A stretch of DNA of 64,000 bases from a virus. Every line of letters begins with the position of its first letter. Within the stretch, counting starts at the first letter, position 1. Shown here in pieces: positions 48,117-58,841 of the stretch. The translations under genes and the position numbers were made by a program. The stretch is taken from positions 1 through 64,000 of the IMG/VR virus record IMGVR_UViG_3300008117_000018. One strand, given 5' to 3'. The notes beneath the pieces are model-generated. The model worked only from the letters and a program-made list of their open reading frames with translations, was not told the origin of the DNA and did not search any database.

Positions 48117-49834
48117 AATTCAAACTCTCCACCACCTTCTCCACCACCTTCAGCAGGAGCTTCTCCACCACCTTCAGCAGGAGCTTCACCTTCAGCAGGA
48201 GCCGCTTCACCACCTTCCGCAGGAGCTGCCTCACCGCCTTCAGCCGGAGCTGCCTCACCACCCTCTGCAGGAGCAGCACCAGCTGCACCAGCCGCGACAT
48301 TCGCCACATCTCTAGCCCAATATCTTTCATTTTCAGCCTTCTGTTCAGGTGTTAGTTTGAATACATTATCCATAATCCATTCAATATGGAAATAAGGTTT
48401 TTCACCATTCATAACTCCTAATAAAGTTCCAACAATCTCAGATCTTTTAGACAGATTATTGATTTTCTTCCAATCTTCAAATAGTTGATTAGAATAGAAT
48501 TGAATATCTACCTGATTTGTGAAAACTTCATCATCTTTCAGTTCAGGAAACTCTATCAACATCTGTAGTTTCAGAGGTTTCACTATCAATTCTTTAAAGT
48601 TAGCACGTAATCTTGAAATGAAATTGTGAAATTTAATTTCATCTCTAGTCATTTCTGATGAGTCTCCAAATAAATTTCCACCACCATTCTCAGCCTCAAA
48701 TCGTTGCATAGGTATCTTAGAGGCTCTTTTAAGAGCTTTATAAAACCAAGATAGCATAGTTTCATCATTCAAATCATGACCCTGTGGAGAAACTAATTCC
48801 ATATTCGGAGTTCCAGCATCACCTTCAGGAAACCATATTTGTTTATTATAAGGTAAATGCTTGGCGCCATTAATAGTCAAAGTTCCTAAAGAATCATCCC
48901 ATTCAACTTCTTCTGAATAATCATGAATAAGTTGACCTATTTGTTCCTCAGCTCTTTGTCTTGATAAACCTTTGATTGGAATCGTGAATTTTTGATATAC
49001 AGTCGCATTTACTATATTGAACATAATTCTTGTTTGTTCAAGTATTTTTAATTGATTATAAGGCTTTATTAAACCCTCAACATAAGATGTCTCTGAATAA
49101 TCATTTTGTGTAGAGTAGGAGACATAAATAATCTGAGAATCTAAAAATATTCTTCTTAATTGAGGATCTTCAGGAAACTGAATCCATAGATGTCCTATAG
49201 TTGGTTCATATGCCGGAACTAAAGTGTCAGGTCTCAATCTATTAAAACCAATAATGTTTTTCTTTTTATCATCAAAAATTATTTCTATTGCAATATGACC
49301 ATCAATTAGAAAATCTTTCATCATACTCCAAGCAGTTATATTATCAGAAAATCCAAATTTGTTATAAATTTTCTCAAAATATTCTTGATATTTGTCTCTT
49401 ACCTCTTGAGAATATTCATTTGAAATAGATTTAGGAGCACAAAAGTCACTATCATCATTGAAAACAATAGATTCATCACAAATTGTAGAAACAAAATCTC
49501 TTATTTCATCTTTGATTGAATATTCTCTTAATATTCTTCTTTTATCAGCATATGCTTTATCTAAATAAGGTATAGATTTTCTGTTCAAAACAGACGCAAC
49601 TGCTCTTTGAGAAAAGAAATCATACATCGAGTTACCTTTAGCCGCATATGGATCTTCATTTATACCAATACCAACTTGATTACGAATTATCATATCATCG
49701 TAATTCATTCCATAGTTAGAAAGTGTTCTGAGAATCCTAGAAAATAATCCTTTGTTTTCTACTGCAGAATTAGAAGCAAATGCAAAGTTTGAATTATTTT
49801 GTTGAGTGGAACCAAAATTGTTATAAGTTGCCAT
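48113..49834 (-). CDS. Portal protein (T4 gp20-like)
   Basis: FLIDG, IKPYNQLKILE, RASKIPMQRF, EMTRDEIKF.NFI.RLR..F. Confidence 0.93.
   Translation of the reverse strand: MATYNNFGSTQQNNSNFAFASNSAVENKGLFSRILRTLSNYGMNYDDMIIRNQVGIGINEDPYAAKGNSMYDFFSQRAVASVLNRKSIPYLDKAYADKRRILREYSIKDEIRDFVSTICDESIVFNDDSDFCAPKSISNEYSQEVRDKYQEYFEKIYNKFGFSDNITAWSMMKDFLIDGHIAIEIIFDDKKKNIIGFNRLRPDTLVPAYEPTIGHLWIQFPEDPQLRRIFLDSQIIYVSYSTQNDYSETSYVEGLIKPYNQLKILEQTRIMFNIVNATVYQKFTIPIKGLSRQRAEEQIGQLIHDYSEEVEWDDSLGTLTINGAKHLPYNKQIWFPEGDAGTPNMELVSPQGHDLNDETMLSWFYKALKRASKIPMQRFEAENGGGNLFGDSSEMTRDEIKFHNFISRLRANFKELIVKPLKLQMLIEFPELKDDEVFTNQVDIQFYSNQLFEDWKKINNLSKRSEIVGTLLGVMNGEKPYFHIEWIMDNVFKLTPEQKAENERYWARDVANVAAGAAGAAPAEGGEAAPAEGGEAAPAEGGEAAPAEGEAPAEGGGEAPAEGGGEGGGEFEF
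48130..48290 (-). repeat. PAEGGEAA x~6 low-complexity portal tail
   Basis: 21-24-nt imperfect tandem repeats. Confidence 0.85.
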
Positions 49835-49906
49835 CTATTATTTATATAAAAATTTACCATATATATTAAATTATGGTTATTCCTCCAAAACAAAAAAAAA
49901 TCGAGA

Positions 49907-50215
49907 CTATTTCTCGATTTTAAAAATATCATGACCTGTTCTACCAGCTCTTGGTTTGTATTTTGAATTTAATTCTTTTATAGCTTTTATATAATCTTCT
50001 GCCTCAGGACCAAACAATCTATCAGATATTTCTTGTAAGAAATATGGATCCATAGATTTTATCTTCTCTTTTTCTTTTTTTGTATCAGAGATTAATTTTT
50101 GTAACTCATCATCACTTAATCTGTTTACAGGTTGAAATGGTCTTTCTACCGTTTTCTTTACACCCATAGGTTTTAACTCTGACTCTTTTTTTGATTTAAA
50201 ATTGAAAATTTTCAT
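49907..50215 (-). CDS. Hypothetical protein
   Basis: ORF; weak leader MKIFNFKSKKES. Confidence 0.7.
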   Translation of the reverse strand: MKIFNFKSKKESELKPMGVKKTVERPFQPVNRLSDDELQKLISDTKKEKEKIKSMDPYFLQEISDRLFGPEAEDYIKAIKELNSKYKPRAGRTGHDIFKIEK

Positions 50216-50220
50216 ATGAT

Positions 50221-50922
50221 TTATTTTAACTTGTTTCCGTATTTTATTTGATTTGTTCTAATTCGATTTATATGGTTTTTTAACGTACTATATTTTTCAT
50301 CTATATCAAAAGCAACATCATAAAATTCACTTAATATTGAAGTTGTCATTTCTTTATGTCTGCTATCTCTTTTTTCTAATTTAACTTTCCAAATATCCAC
50401 TAACTTTTTAGGATCATATAAATTTTTAGGATGTTGATGATATAAAAATCTTGGCAATACATTTAATCCGATTCTATGAACTAATTGTATTCTAGAAGAA
50501 TCAAACTCCATAAGTGCATATTCAAATCCTATACTTCTTAATTCATTATACATACCATTAAAATCTACTTTTAAAAAATTATTTTTTTCAAAATCTTCAG
50601 GTTTTATAAACTTATCAAATAAAAAAACTCTGATTTCCAATGGTATTAAATTAAAGTTTACTGCAAATATAATAATTTTATTTGAAAACTTCCTAAAATC
50701 CGAAACAAAAACAGGAGACCATTTCATCCAGTTAGAATCATCTAAATAATGAAAGAAATAAAATCCACCAGGAAATATATCTTTTGTTTGAATATTTTTA
50801 ATCTCTTCAGAAGATTTTTGGTATTGTTCATAAAACCATAAAGAATTTTTTTTGAAATTATCAGCCAAACCATTACCATTAACTAACAAACTAAGCTTAG
50901 ACCTTTCGATTAATTCACCCAT
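50221..50922 (-). CDS. DNA end protector (T4 gp2-like)
   Basis: PGGFYFFHY, P.F, AVNFNLIP..IR; divergent from gp4-like gene. Confidence 0.55.
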   Translation of the reverse strand: MGELIERSKLSLLVNGNGLADNFKKNSLWFYEQYQKSSEEIKNIQTKDIFPGGFYFFHYLDDSNWMKWSPVFVSDFRKFSNKIIIFAVNFNLIPLEIRVFLFDKFIKPEDFEKNNFLKVDFNGMYNELRSIGFEYALMEFDSSRIQLVHRIGLNVLPRFLYHQHPKNLYDPKKLVDIWKVKLEKRDSRHKEMTTSILSEFYDVAFDIDEKYSTLKNHINRIRTNQIKYGNKLK

Positions 50923-50967
50923 AAAGAGTTTTTGTTTTTATATATAAAATAAAGAAAGTAGACAAAT

Positions 50968-51495
50968 ATGTTAAACTCTAAGCCAAATAATACTAATTAT
51001 TCTCAAGGTAATTATATTCCTAAAAACAAAGATAAAATAATAAAATTAAATACAATAGGTGGTGTTTACTACAGAAGTTCTTGGGAAAAAAAAATTATGA
51101 CTTGGTTAGATCATAATGAAAAAATAACTAAGTGGGGAGCAGAATGTATGAGAATACCTTATCAAATGACTCATTTTGATAATGGTGACATGAAAGTAAA
51201 AGAGCACTGCTACTATCCAGATTTTTATTATGAGATGAGAAACGAAAACGGTCAGTTAAGGCAAGTAGTTGTAGAAGTAAAACCTATGAAAGAATATAAA
51301 ATGGTCATTGCGTTAAACGAAGGTAAACTCCAAGTTCCAGAAAAGGGTACAAAAAAGTTAAAAAACTTTGAATATGATTTGAAAATGGCATATAAGAATA
51401 AAAACAAGTGGGAAACGATGATAAACTGGTGCAATAAAAAGGGTTATGAGTTTATAATAATTACTGAAGACCATCTAAAGAAATTTAATGTTTGA
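50968..51495 (+). CDS. Head completion nuclease (T4 gp4/TnsA-like)
   Basis: YRSSWE, IPY, YYPDF, VEVKP, N..KW, F.IITE. Confidence 0.9.
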   Translation: MLNSKPNNTNYSQGNYIPKNKDKIIKLNTIGGVYYRSSWEKKIMTWLDHNEKITKWGAECMRIPYQMTHFDNGDMKVKEHCYYPDFYYEMRNENGQLRQVVVEVKPMKEYKMVIALNEGKLQVPEKGTKKLKNFEYDLKMAYKNKNKWETMINWCNKKGYEFIIITEDHLKKFNV

Positions 51496-51832
51496 AAAAC
51501 AAATAAAACATTATAATTATCATTATTATTATAGAAAATATCGGAACCAAAACATTATATAATCTATATAATTTTTTAACTAAATGATAAATCGGAAACT
51601 TGGCTATATTTATTAAAATCATTGATAAGAAGAAAAAGTAGATTGATGTAAAAAAACCAATAAACAACCAAATCCAATAAGTTACTCTTAAAAAATAGTA
51701 AAAAAAATCACTCTTACTCATATTAGACAAATCTTTCTGGTAAAATCTAGCATCTAATTTAGTCAAATTAGCTAAATAGTATAGATTCATCCATATAAAG
51801 AATGGTATAAATATGTAAAAAATACTAGTCAT
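51485..51832 (-). CDS. Small multi-pass membrane protein
   Basis: 3-4 hydrophobic helices. Confidence 0.65.
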   Translation of the reverse strand: MTSIFYIFIPFFIWMNLYYLANLTKLDARFYQKDLSNMSKSDFFYYFLRVTYWIWLFIGFFTSIYFFFLSMILINIAKFPIYHLVKKLYRLYNVLVPIFSIIIMIIIMFYLFFKH

Positions 51833-52124
51833 TTGATATTTCGATTTCTCTTAGACCTAAAAGATTATTAAACTCATGTTCCTGTAGTCTAACGTTTTTA
51901 TCTCTTTGTAGAATTCCATATATTACATCATTCACAAAAACATAAACAGGATCACCAACAAAGTTTTCATATATAGCAGGAACAATTTCACTATTTCTAG
52001 AATTTACTATAAAATTAATATATTCTTTATGACTTGCATAATCCAAATGTAACGAACAACCATCCGGTCTTAATTGATTTCCTAACTCTGATTCCTCCCA
52101 AATCTGTAATAATATTTGATTCAT
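51825..52124 (-). CDS. Hypothetical protein
   Basis: WEESE....RPDGCSLH. Confidence 0.75.
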   Translation of the reverse strand: MNQILLQIWEESELGNQLRPDGCSLHLDYASHKEYINFIVNSRNSEIVPAIYENFVGDPVYVFVNDVIYGILQRDKNVRLQEHEFNNLLGLREIEISND

Positions 52125-52198
52125 AAAAACAATTTATGATTTTTGTATTTAAAAATTAAACAAAGTTTAAATATGAAATAAAATAAAAAAAACACTTT

Positions 52199-53272
52199 AT
52201 GAAAATTAAATTAGAGTATATTTGGTTAGATGGTTCTGAGCCACAACAACTCAGAAGTAAAACAAAAATTGTTGACAAAGCAGATACAAATAATCCAGAG
52301 GATTACGCAATGTGGTCTTTTGATGGAAGTTCAACTCTTCAAGCAGAGGCAGGAAAAGGGAAAAACACTGATTGTTTACTAAAACCAGTTTTTGTCTGTA
52401 AAGACCCATTTAGAGAGTATCCTAATAAATTGGTATTTTGTGAGGTACTTAGTCCAGATGGAACTCCTCATCCAACAAATAATAGAAGAAATTTATCTAA
52501 TGTTATAGATGAGTTAAATCTTACGAATTTAACTAAAGACGAGTCTCCATGGTTTGGTTGGGAGCAAGAGTATACACTTACTCATAAACCAGGATTGCCA
52601 TTTGGTGAGGGTGTTGGTCTTCCACTTGGATTTGAAATTGGTAAAACACCAAGAGCACAAGGTGATTATTATTGCGGAATCGGAGCTGACACTGTAATTG
52701 GAAGACAAATAGTTGAAGAGCACATGGATATGTGTTTAGAGATTGGTTTAGATATTTCTGGTATTAATGCTGAGGTTTTACTTGGTCAATGGGAATATCA
52801 AATTGGCCCCGTAACTGCTTTGAACGGTTCTGATCAATTATGGATATCAAGATATATTTTGGAAAGAGTTGCAGAAAAACATAATGTCAACGTATCTTTA
52901 CATCCGAAACCAATTAAAGGAGATTGGAATGGAACCGGTTGTCACGTCAATTTCTCTTCTAAAGAAATGAGAAAAGATGGTGGTATCGAATTGATTAAAG
53001 AAACAATGACAAAGCTTGAATCAACTCATATGGAACACATCCAGGTTTATGGTCTACATAATGAACAAAGACTTACTGGTGAACATGAGACATCAGGAAT
53101 TCATGAATTTAGTTATGGATATAGCACTAGAGATACTTCTATTAGAATTCCAGCACAATCTTTGGTTGAAGGTAGAGGTTATTTTGAAGACAGACGACCA
53201 GCCTCAAATTGTGACCCTTACTTAGTATCTGCTAAAATGTTAGAAACAGTTTATTCTGAAGTATTAGTATAA
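52199..53272 (+). CDS. glnII: Glutamine synthetase type II
   Basis: EYIWLDG, LRSKT, WSFDGSST, GWEQEY, YYCGIG, INAEV..GQWEYQ, DWNGTGCH, RLTG.HET, GYFEDRRPASN.DPY; 357 aa. Confidence 0.95.
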   Translation: MKIKLEYIWLDGSEPQQLRSKTKIVDKADTNNPEDYAMWSFDGSSTLQAEAGKGKNTDCLLKPVFVCKDPFREYPNKLVFCEVLSPDGTPHPTNNRRNLSNVIDELNLTNLTKDESPWFGWEQEYTLTHKPGLPFGEGVGLPLGFEIGKTPRAQGDYYCGIGADTVIGRQIVEEHMDMCLEIGLDISGINAEVLLGQWEYQIGPVTALNGSDQLWISRYILERVAEKHNVNVSLHPKPIKGDWNGTGCHVNFSSKEMRKDGGIELIKETMTKLESTHMEHIQVYGLHNEQRLTGEHETSGIHEFSYGYSTRDTSIRIPAQSLVEGRGYFEDRRPASNCDPYLVSAKMLETVYSEVLV

Positions 53273-53284
53273 ACATACTACTCA

Positions 53285-53318
53285 AAAAAAACCCACTCAA
53301 TTTGAGTGGGTTTTTTTT
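53285..53318. terminator. Bidirectional intrinsic terminator
   Basis: A7-CCCACTCAA-t-TTGAGTGGG-T8. Confidence 0.88.
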
Positions 53319-53333
53319 ATTTTGATAAACTAT

Positions 53334-53699
53334 TTAAATAGAATGTAGTCCTTGGCCATCATTACTACCTTCTATAGATATTAATTTTATTTGATTCTCA
53401 TTATCACCCTTTTTCTTATACAACTCATTAAAACCCTTAGCTATTCCTCTTTTAAAGACTTCTGTAAAATAAGCAAAAGCATTCACTGATTTATCTTCAT
53501 TAAAATTATACCAATTTTGATACATATCTAATAAACCCGATTGATAACAATCAAGTTTATCATCATTTGACCAATATCTCATTTTTTTGATTGTTTTCTT
53601 ACCAAGAAGTTCTAACATTTTTTCAGCATTTCTGGTCAGTTTACCTTGTGCTTTTGATACGATTATCTCAACATAGAGATCTTTATTATTTAAATACAT
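53334..53699 (-). CDS. Late-transcription sigma factor (T4 gp55-like, short)
   Basis: YLNNKDL, NWYNFN..KS.NAFAYFT. Confidence 0.8.
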   Translation of the reverse strand: MYLNNKDLYVEIIVSKAQGKLTRNAEKMLELLGKKTIKKMRYWSNDDKLDCYQSGLLDMYQNWYNFNEDKSVNAFAYFTEVFKRGIAKGFNELYKKKGDNENQIKLISIEGSNDGQGLHSI

Positions 53700-53787
53700 C
53701 CATTATAGCTTATTTTTTTAAGAGATTAACTCTTTGAAGCTATTTACTTCATGTTATATCTCTATAGTCTAAAAAGTTTAAAAAATA

Positions 53788-53813
53788 AAAAACCCTCAAA
53801 AAGAGGGTTTTTT
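53788..53813 (-). terminator. Intrinsic terminator
   Basis: AAAAACCCTC-aaaa-GAGGGTTTTT. Confidence 0.85.
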
Positions 53814-53830
53814 ATTTTTATTTATATAAA

Positions 53831-55111
53831 TTAAATTTTAACTCTTTCTTTATATTGTAATTCTTTAACACCTAACAATTCAGCATCTAAATTAGCTCTT
53901 CTTTTTTCAAGATTTTTAAGAGCAGTAGAAAGAATTTCAGACTCACCTAAAAGCTCCATAGAACCTTTAACCTTTTCAATGTTGAATTGAACATCTTCTA
54001 ATTTAAGAGTAACTTCTCTTTCTTTATCTTCAAGTTTTCTTTTAATAACTAATTCTTTATCTAATTTATTTTCATAAAAATAACTCAAATCATAATTTAA
54101 CTCATTCTTAACTTCATTAACTAATTCTATAGCAGATTCATATTTAAAGAATGAATTACCATATCTTTCATCACATCTATAAAGAAATGTATTATTTTTA
54201 TAATTAAAAGCAAAACACTCCAAATGTGGATTAATTAAATTATTAATTCTTTTAACAACATCTAATTCAACAAACTTATCCATATTTTGAGATACTTCTA
54301 ATAACACAGGATAAAAGTTTTTATTTACTATCGGAACAATAGGAGATGAGAAAAGAGACTCTAACGTAGTTTCGTCATTCAATTCATCTTCATTAATAAA
54401 AATTCCTTTTCCATTAACACCTAAACCAATTGTTAAGTACTCAGATACTCTAAAATTAACTCTATCCTCAGAAATTTGAGCATATTTTAAAGCAGATTCA
54501 ATAACTCTTAAAGTTTTCAACTCAGCTTCATCTTTAACATGATTTTCTAAAAGTGTTTTCTCAATTGAATTTTCAGTAAGTAAGAACCAAGAATCCTTAA
54601 CTAAAGCAATATGACCATCTTCAACTTGTTCTACAATAGTAAATACAGATTCACCCTTACCACCACTTAACAAGTTTGTTCTCTGTTCAGGTGATTTTGT
54701 CAAATTATGAACAAATAATTTAATCTCAGGAACCCAATCATAAATAGCCAATTCATTAAGAACTTTAGACATCCTATCTTGTTCTGACTCTACGTTAATA
54801 GCTTCTAAAAGAACATTGATAGGTTGTCTATACAATTCTCCTTGATTTTTAGAGTTCAATATGTTATATAGACTTTTAAGTTCATATAACAATTCATGAG
54901 CTTTAACATCATCATTCAAATTTTCTAAAAGAGATTTTACACTTTTATCATATGTATACGCTTTTAATTTTTCATTAAGAGAATTAATAATAGTCTTTTC
55001 TGAATGTTCATTGCATGCATTCATATGCCCTTCAATTATAACTGAAATCTCTTCTTGGTCAAGTGAAAGATTCTTTTTGAAGTTAAACAATTCTAGTTTA
55101 AGATTCTTCAT
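53831..55111 (-). CDS. Late coiled-coil protein (possible prohead core component)
   Basis: Late promoter 55141-55150; Glu/Leu-rich with many (I/L)xE sites. Confidence 0.5.
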   Translation of the reverse strand: MKNLKLELFNFKKNLSLDQEEISVIIEGHMNACNEHSEKTIINSLNEKLKAYTYDKSVKSLLENLNDDVKAHELLYELKSLYNILNSKNQGELYRQPINVLLEAINVESEQDRMSKVLNELAIYDWVPEIKLFVHNLTKSPEQRTNLLSGGKGESVFTIVEQVEDGHIALVKDSWFLLTENSIEKTLLENHVKDEAELKTLRVIESALKYAQISEDRVNFRVSEYLTIGLGVNGKGIFINEDELNDETTLESLFSSPIVPIVNKNFYPVLLEVSQNMDKFVELDVVKRINNLINPHLECFAFNYKNNTFLYRCDERYGNSFFKYESAIELVNEVKNELNYDLSYFYENKLDKELVIKRKLEDKEREVTLKLEDVQFNIEKVKGSMELLGESEILSTALKNLEKRRANLDAELLGVKELQYKERVKI

Positions 55112-55183
55112 ACTTATAAATATTATTTTTTTATATAATCTATATATTAAGACAAAAAACTCATTTTTTGCTATTTTTTATTT

Positions 55184-56320
55184 TTAAATTGGATTCGGAT
55201 TTATAGGTGGATTTTGAGTATCATTTCCATTTGCACCTTTACCAGCATTTGGATTTGAATTTATTGCATTCGCATTTTGTCTTGCTTTCAATATATTATT
55301 AAACCACCTAGTTCTTTTCGGAGCATATGAAAAATAATCAGAGTCAGACTTAGGAGTAGGAGCAGAACCAGCGGGCCATCCACCAAAACTACCAGTTTGT
55401 CCATATTGAGGAAGTTCACCAGGTATATCAAACGGAGTTTCGTTGTAAGGCCAAGGAAGCGAACCAGGGAAAGGTCTACCTGGTGGACCACCAGGTGGTA
55501 ATGAATCCGGATTTAAAGGTATAAAATCAGGTCCATTAGGATCACCAGTGACAGTAGGATTAGGCGCAGTACCATCACCACCAACATCAAAGGCATTACC
55601 TAAATCACTACCAGTGTTCCAATTATTCAAATCAGCACCATCTGACTGACCAGTACCATAAAGTGTAGGATAACCATCTAGATTTACTCTATCTCTTCTA
55701 AATGCAGGATAGTATGTTTGAACTTGAAATGATAATGTCAACTTTATCGTATTATCACTTGTTAAATTTTTTTCTCTGTTTATTTCAATTGAACTTGAAT
55801 CAGGCATTATTATCACAGCATCTATGTTCATGAAATTATGCTCAAAATACATGAATTTATAAATCCAAAGAGTATCCAAAATAGCTTGACTACATTTAAA
55901 TGTATCAATTTCATTTGACAGAAGTATAGATAGTTCATAATCAACCGTGATAGGAACTGCCCTAACCTTTGCTAATATTTTTCGTATCTCTACCTGGTTC
56001 TCTACAACCATTCTTAACCAAACATTTGGATTAGCAAATTCATCTGACATAATATTAAACGACTTAAGTGTTATATGTCCTCTCGGGATTATATCAGTGT
56101 TTAATTCTACAAATCTGTTTTCAGAAACTATATCATCCTGAAAAGTATCAAGCAAAAATCTTTCATCTCCAGAAAGTGAGTAATAAAAGGGAACCTGAAC
56201 ATATATATCACCTGATGAAAATCTGTTAACCCATTTTATTTGACCCTCTAATGTATCAAGTACACAGACTGTCAAATCTCGAAAGAACACATCTTCCATG
56301 TTAAACTTTCCTGCTATCAT
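55184..56320 (-). CDS. Tail completion/sheath terminator (T4 gp15-like) with Pro/Gly-rich tail
   Basis: VPFYYS, IPRG, VP....YEL.I, L.FQVQTY; start moved to MIAGK, 5 nt after promoter 56326-56335. Confidence 0.65.
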   Translation of the reverse strand: MIAGKFNMEDVFFRDLTVCVLDTLEGQIKWVNRFSSGDIYVQVPFYYSLSGDERFLLDTFQDDIVSENRFVELNTDIIPRGHITLKSFNIMSDEFANPNVWLRMVVENQVEIRKILAKVRAVPITVDYELSILLSNEIDTFKCSQAILDTLWIYKFMYFEHNFMNIDAVIIMPDSSSIEINREKNLTSDNTIKLTLSFQVQTYYPAFRRDRVNLDGYPTLYGTGQSDGADLNNWNTGSDLGNAFDVGGDGTAPNPTVTGDPNGPDFIPLNPDSLPPGGPPGRPFPGSLPWPYNETPFDIPGELPQYGQTGSFGGWPAGSAPTPKSDSDYFSYAPKRTRWFNNILKARQNANAINSNPNAGKGANGNDTQNPPINPNPI

Positions 56321-56382
56321 AAGCATATATATTAAATAGAGTTTGTCCCTAAACTTATTCAATATTTAAAAATATATTTTCT

Positions 56383-57348
56383 ATGAGCATAAATAAATTA
56401 TTACTTTGGGAAAAATGGAGACCAAAAAAAATTGATGACATTATATTACTACCAAGAATAAAAAAACATTTTGAAGATGGATTAAATGGTAACTATATAT
56501 TTTATGGTAATTATGGTACAGGTAAAACAAGTCTGGCTAGAATATTAATAGGTAAGTATTCAAAAGATAAACCAAATTTAGAGATAAATAGCTCACTTTC
56601 AACTTCAATAAATATTTTAAGAAGTGAAATTGAAGACTTTTGTAAATTTACACCTATGATGGAATCAGAATCAGACTTAAAATATGTATTTTTAGATGAA
56701 TTTGAAAGAACATCACCTGAATTTCAGGATGCATTCAAAGCATTCATCGAAACATACTCAAAAAGAGGCGTAAGGTTTATTATAACAACTAATCACATTA
56801 ATAAAATATCAGATGGAATAAAAAGTAGAATACCTCAAATAAATTTTGATTGCCAGAATATTGAAGAAGAAAAATATTTAAAACAAGAAATTTACAAAAG
56901 AATATCAAATACAATATTACCATCTGAAAATTTTGAAATTCCAAAAGAAGATTTAGTTACAATAATAACAAAAAAATTTCCAGACTTTAGATCCACATTA
57001 GTAGAAGTAGGTAACTATATCAACACAGGTTCTCTAACTTCTTCATCAAATACAATAAACACAAAGACTAAATTAGAACTATACAATTTAATTTATGATA
57101 AAAATATAGACTATATCTCAATATATAATTTTGTGATTTCAAATTTTGGACCCGAAAAAATAGATGTTTTAATTAATTTATTAGGCAAATATTTCATAGA
57201 TTGGTCATTAAATGAAAATAAAAATATAGAAAAACTATTTGAATGTAACTATATAATAGCTGATTACACATCAAAGTTAGAGACTAACACTGATCCTATA
57301 GTATTAGCATTAACAATAATAGGTAAATTCAGGGATATATTATTATAA
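56383..57348 (+). CDS. Clamp loader large subunit (gp44/RFC-like AAA+)
   Basis: WEKWRP, GNYGTGKTS, FLDEFE, RFIITTN, IKSR, FPDFR. Confidence 0.9.
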   Translation: MSINKLLLWEKWRPKKIDDIILLPRIKKHFEDGLNGNYIFYGNYGTGKTSLARILIGKYSKDKPNLEINSSLSTSINILRSEIEDFCKFTPMMESESDLKYVFLDEFERTSPEFQDAFKAFIETYSKRGVRFIITTNHINKISDGIKSRIPQINFDCQNIEEEKYLKQEIYKRISNTILPSENFEIPKEDLVTIITKKFPDFRSTLVEVGNYINTGSLTSSSNTINTKTKLELYNLIYDKNIDYISIYNFVISNFGPEKIDVLINLLGKYFIDWSLNENKNIEKLFECNYIIADYTSKLETNTDPIVLALTIIGKFRDILL

Positions 57349-57373
57349 GATAAAATATTTTAATATATAAAAT

Positions 57374-57748
57374 ATGCCAGTAAACTTTAAAGATTTCTAC
57401 ATAGGATATAAAGGTCATCCAAGATACGAATCTTCTAAATTTATAGAAGATGATGTAATTAGAGTAATCGTTCAAAAATATGAAATGATAATTTTCACTA
57501 ACAAAGGTGAGTTATTAGGTGATCCTAGTTTTGGTGCTGATTTACCGCTATTACTTCATGAGACAAGACTCTCAGAAGATAGTATACAAGGCGATATAAA
57601 CGCTCAAATATTTGAATATATACCTGAAATAAGTAATATACCCTATACTTTAGAGGTCAATATTTATGATGATCCAGAAAGACACCAAGAGTGGATGGAA
57701 ATTCTTTTTCAGATTAGAGACTTAGAAGTATACGCAACAGTAATCTAA
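57374..57748 (+). CDS. Baseplate wedge protein (gp25-like)
   Basis: FTNKGE..GDP.FGADL..LL, EYIPE. Confidence 0.8.
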   Translation: MPVNFKDFYIGYKGHPRYESSKFIEDDVIRVIVQKYEMIIFTNKGELLGDPSFGADLPLLLHETRLSEDSIQGDINAQIFEYIPEISNIPYTLEVNIYDDPERHQEWMEILFQIRDLEVYATVI

Positions 57749-58197
57749 TCTACTCTATAACTATTTCTTTGCCAATATCTTTTACCATAACCGACAAATA
57801 TTTCTTCACCGGAACGAATATCTCTATCAGCAACTAAAACAACTTCATCATCATCATTCATTGTTATGATAGAATTATTTTTGAAATTTGAAGAGATACC
57901 CTCCGCATCATTTGCAAATTTCGCAAAACAAAAAGTTTTCTTACAATCTAATGTTTCACCAGACGGCAACATCATAAAATAATCATCTTCTTTTGCATTT
58001 GCTCTTTTTGCGGCCTCTTCATTTGATATTACTTCACCCATAAATTTTGATATTACTTCACCACATTCTATATCTATAGATGTAAAGAGTCCATTTCCGG
58101 AATTTGGAATTTGAGAAGACTGTACATATAAAAAATCTTCTTCTGGTAAATCTATTGAGTCGTAATCGAAATTTTCAAAAAATTTAAGATATTTCAT
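57745..58197 (-). CDS. SET-domain lysine methyltransferase with leader
   Basis: SQIPNSGNGLF, GEVI, AKFAND, RDIRSGEEIFVGYG..YW; MKYLKFFENF. Confidence 0.88.
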   Translation of the reverse strand: MKYLKFFENFDYDSIDLPEEDFLYVQSSQIPNSGNGLFTSIDIECGEVISKFMGEVISNEEAAKRANAKEDDYFMMLPSGETLDCKKTFCFAKFANDAEGISSNFKNNSIITMNDDDEVVLVADRDIRSGEEIFVGYGKRYWQRNSYRVD

Positions 58198-58210
58198 ATA
58201 CACTTAGGCT

Positions 58211-58825
58211 TTATTTGATAGGACAACTTGTGGCTGTCCAGATATATTTATAGTCTCTTTTTATTTTAACTCCTAAACTTTCAGCGGTTGTTACAACATC
58301 CTCCAAACACTCACCATCAGCACCACCAACTATTACTACCTCTCTTCCTTTAAGATCGGTAAGTAATTCATAAAGTTTTTTAGGACAATGAAACCAAACG
58401 TGATTGTTGTTGATAAAAGTAATTATTGTACCTTCTTTTGTTGGAAATATATCACCTTTTTTTAAAGACTTATTTTCTTCCCTTTTGCTAATGTCTTCAT
58501 ATACATTTTTATCTAATATTTTCTTGTAAAAATCAGCATCAACATCGTAATTATATCTTTTTTCAATTAATTCTTTTTGATTAGGAAAATGGTACAAATC
58601 TTTGTGTATTGGAATTTCAGGTTCATCTTCATATAAATAATCTTTATCTACGTTTTTACCATCAGGATGATTATCCCAAATTTGATAAACATTATTAAAA
58701 TTTTTACAATATTTTTTAAGTTCATTTAGATACATTTCAGAAAAAAACTTTCTGAATGATTTTTGAACATCAACTATTATTAGCGTATCTTCATTATAAC
58801 TCTCAAAGGTTTTAAGAAATCTCAT
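58211..58825 (-). CDS. Isochorismatase/cysteine-hydrolase-like protein with leader
   Basis: LIIVDVQ, EK.Y, IVGGA..EC; MRFLKTFESYNE. Confidence 0.7.
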   Translation of the reverse strand: MRFLKTFESYNEDTLIIVDVQKSFRKFFSEMYLNELKKYCKNFNNVYQIWDNHPDGKNVDKDYLYEDEPEIPIHKDLYHFPNQKELIEKRYNYDVDADFYKKILDKNVYEDISKREENKSLKKGDIFPTKEGTIITFINNNHVWFHCPKKLYELLTDLKGREVVIVGGADGECLEDVVTTAESLGVKIKRDYKYIWTATSCPIK

Positions 58826-58841
58826 AAACTATATATTAAAT

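Noticed and set aside
50968-51495. Tn7 TnsA transposon
   Set aside because: Context next to gp2-like and portal genes identifies it as a gp4 head-completion nuclease; no tnsB/C
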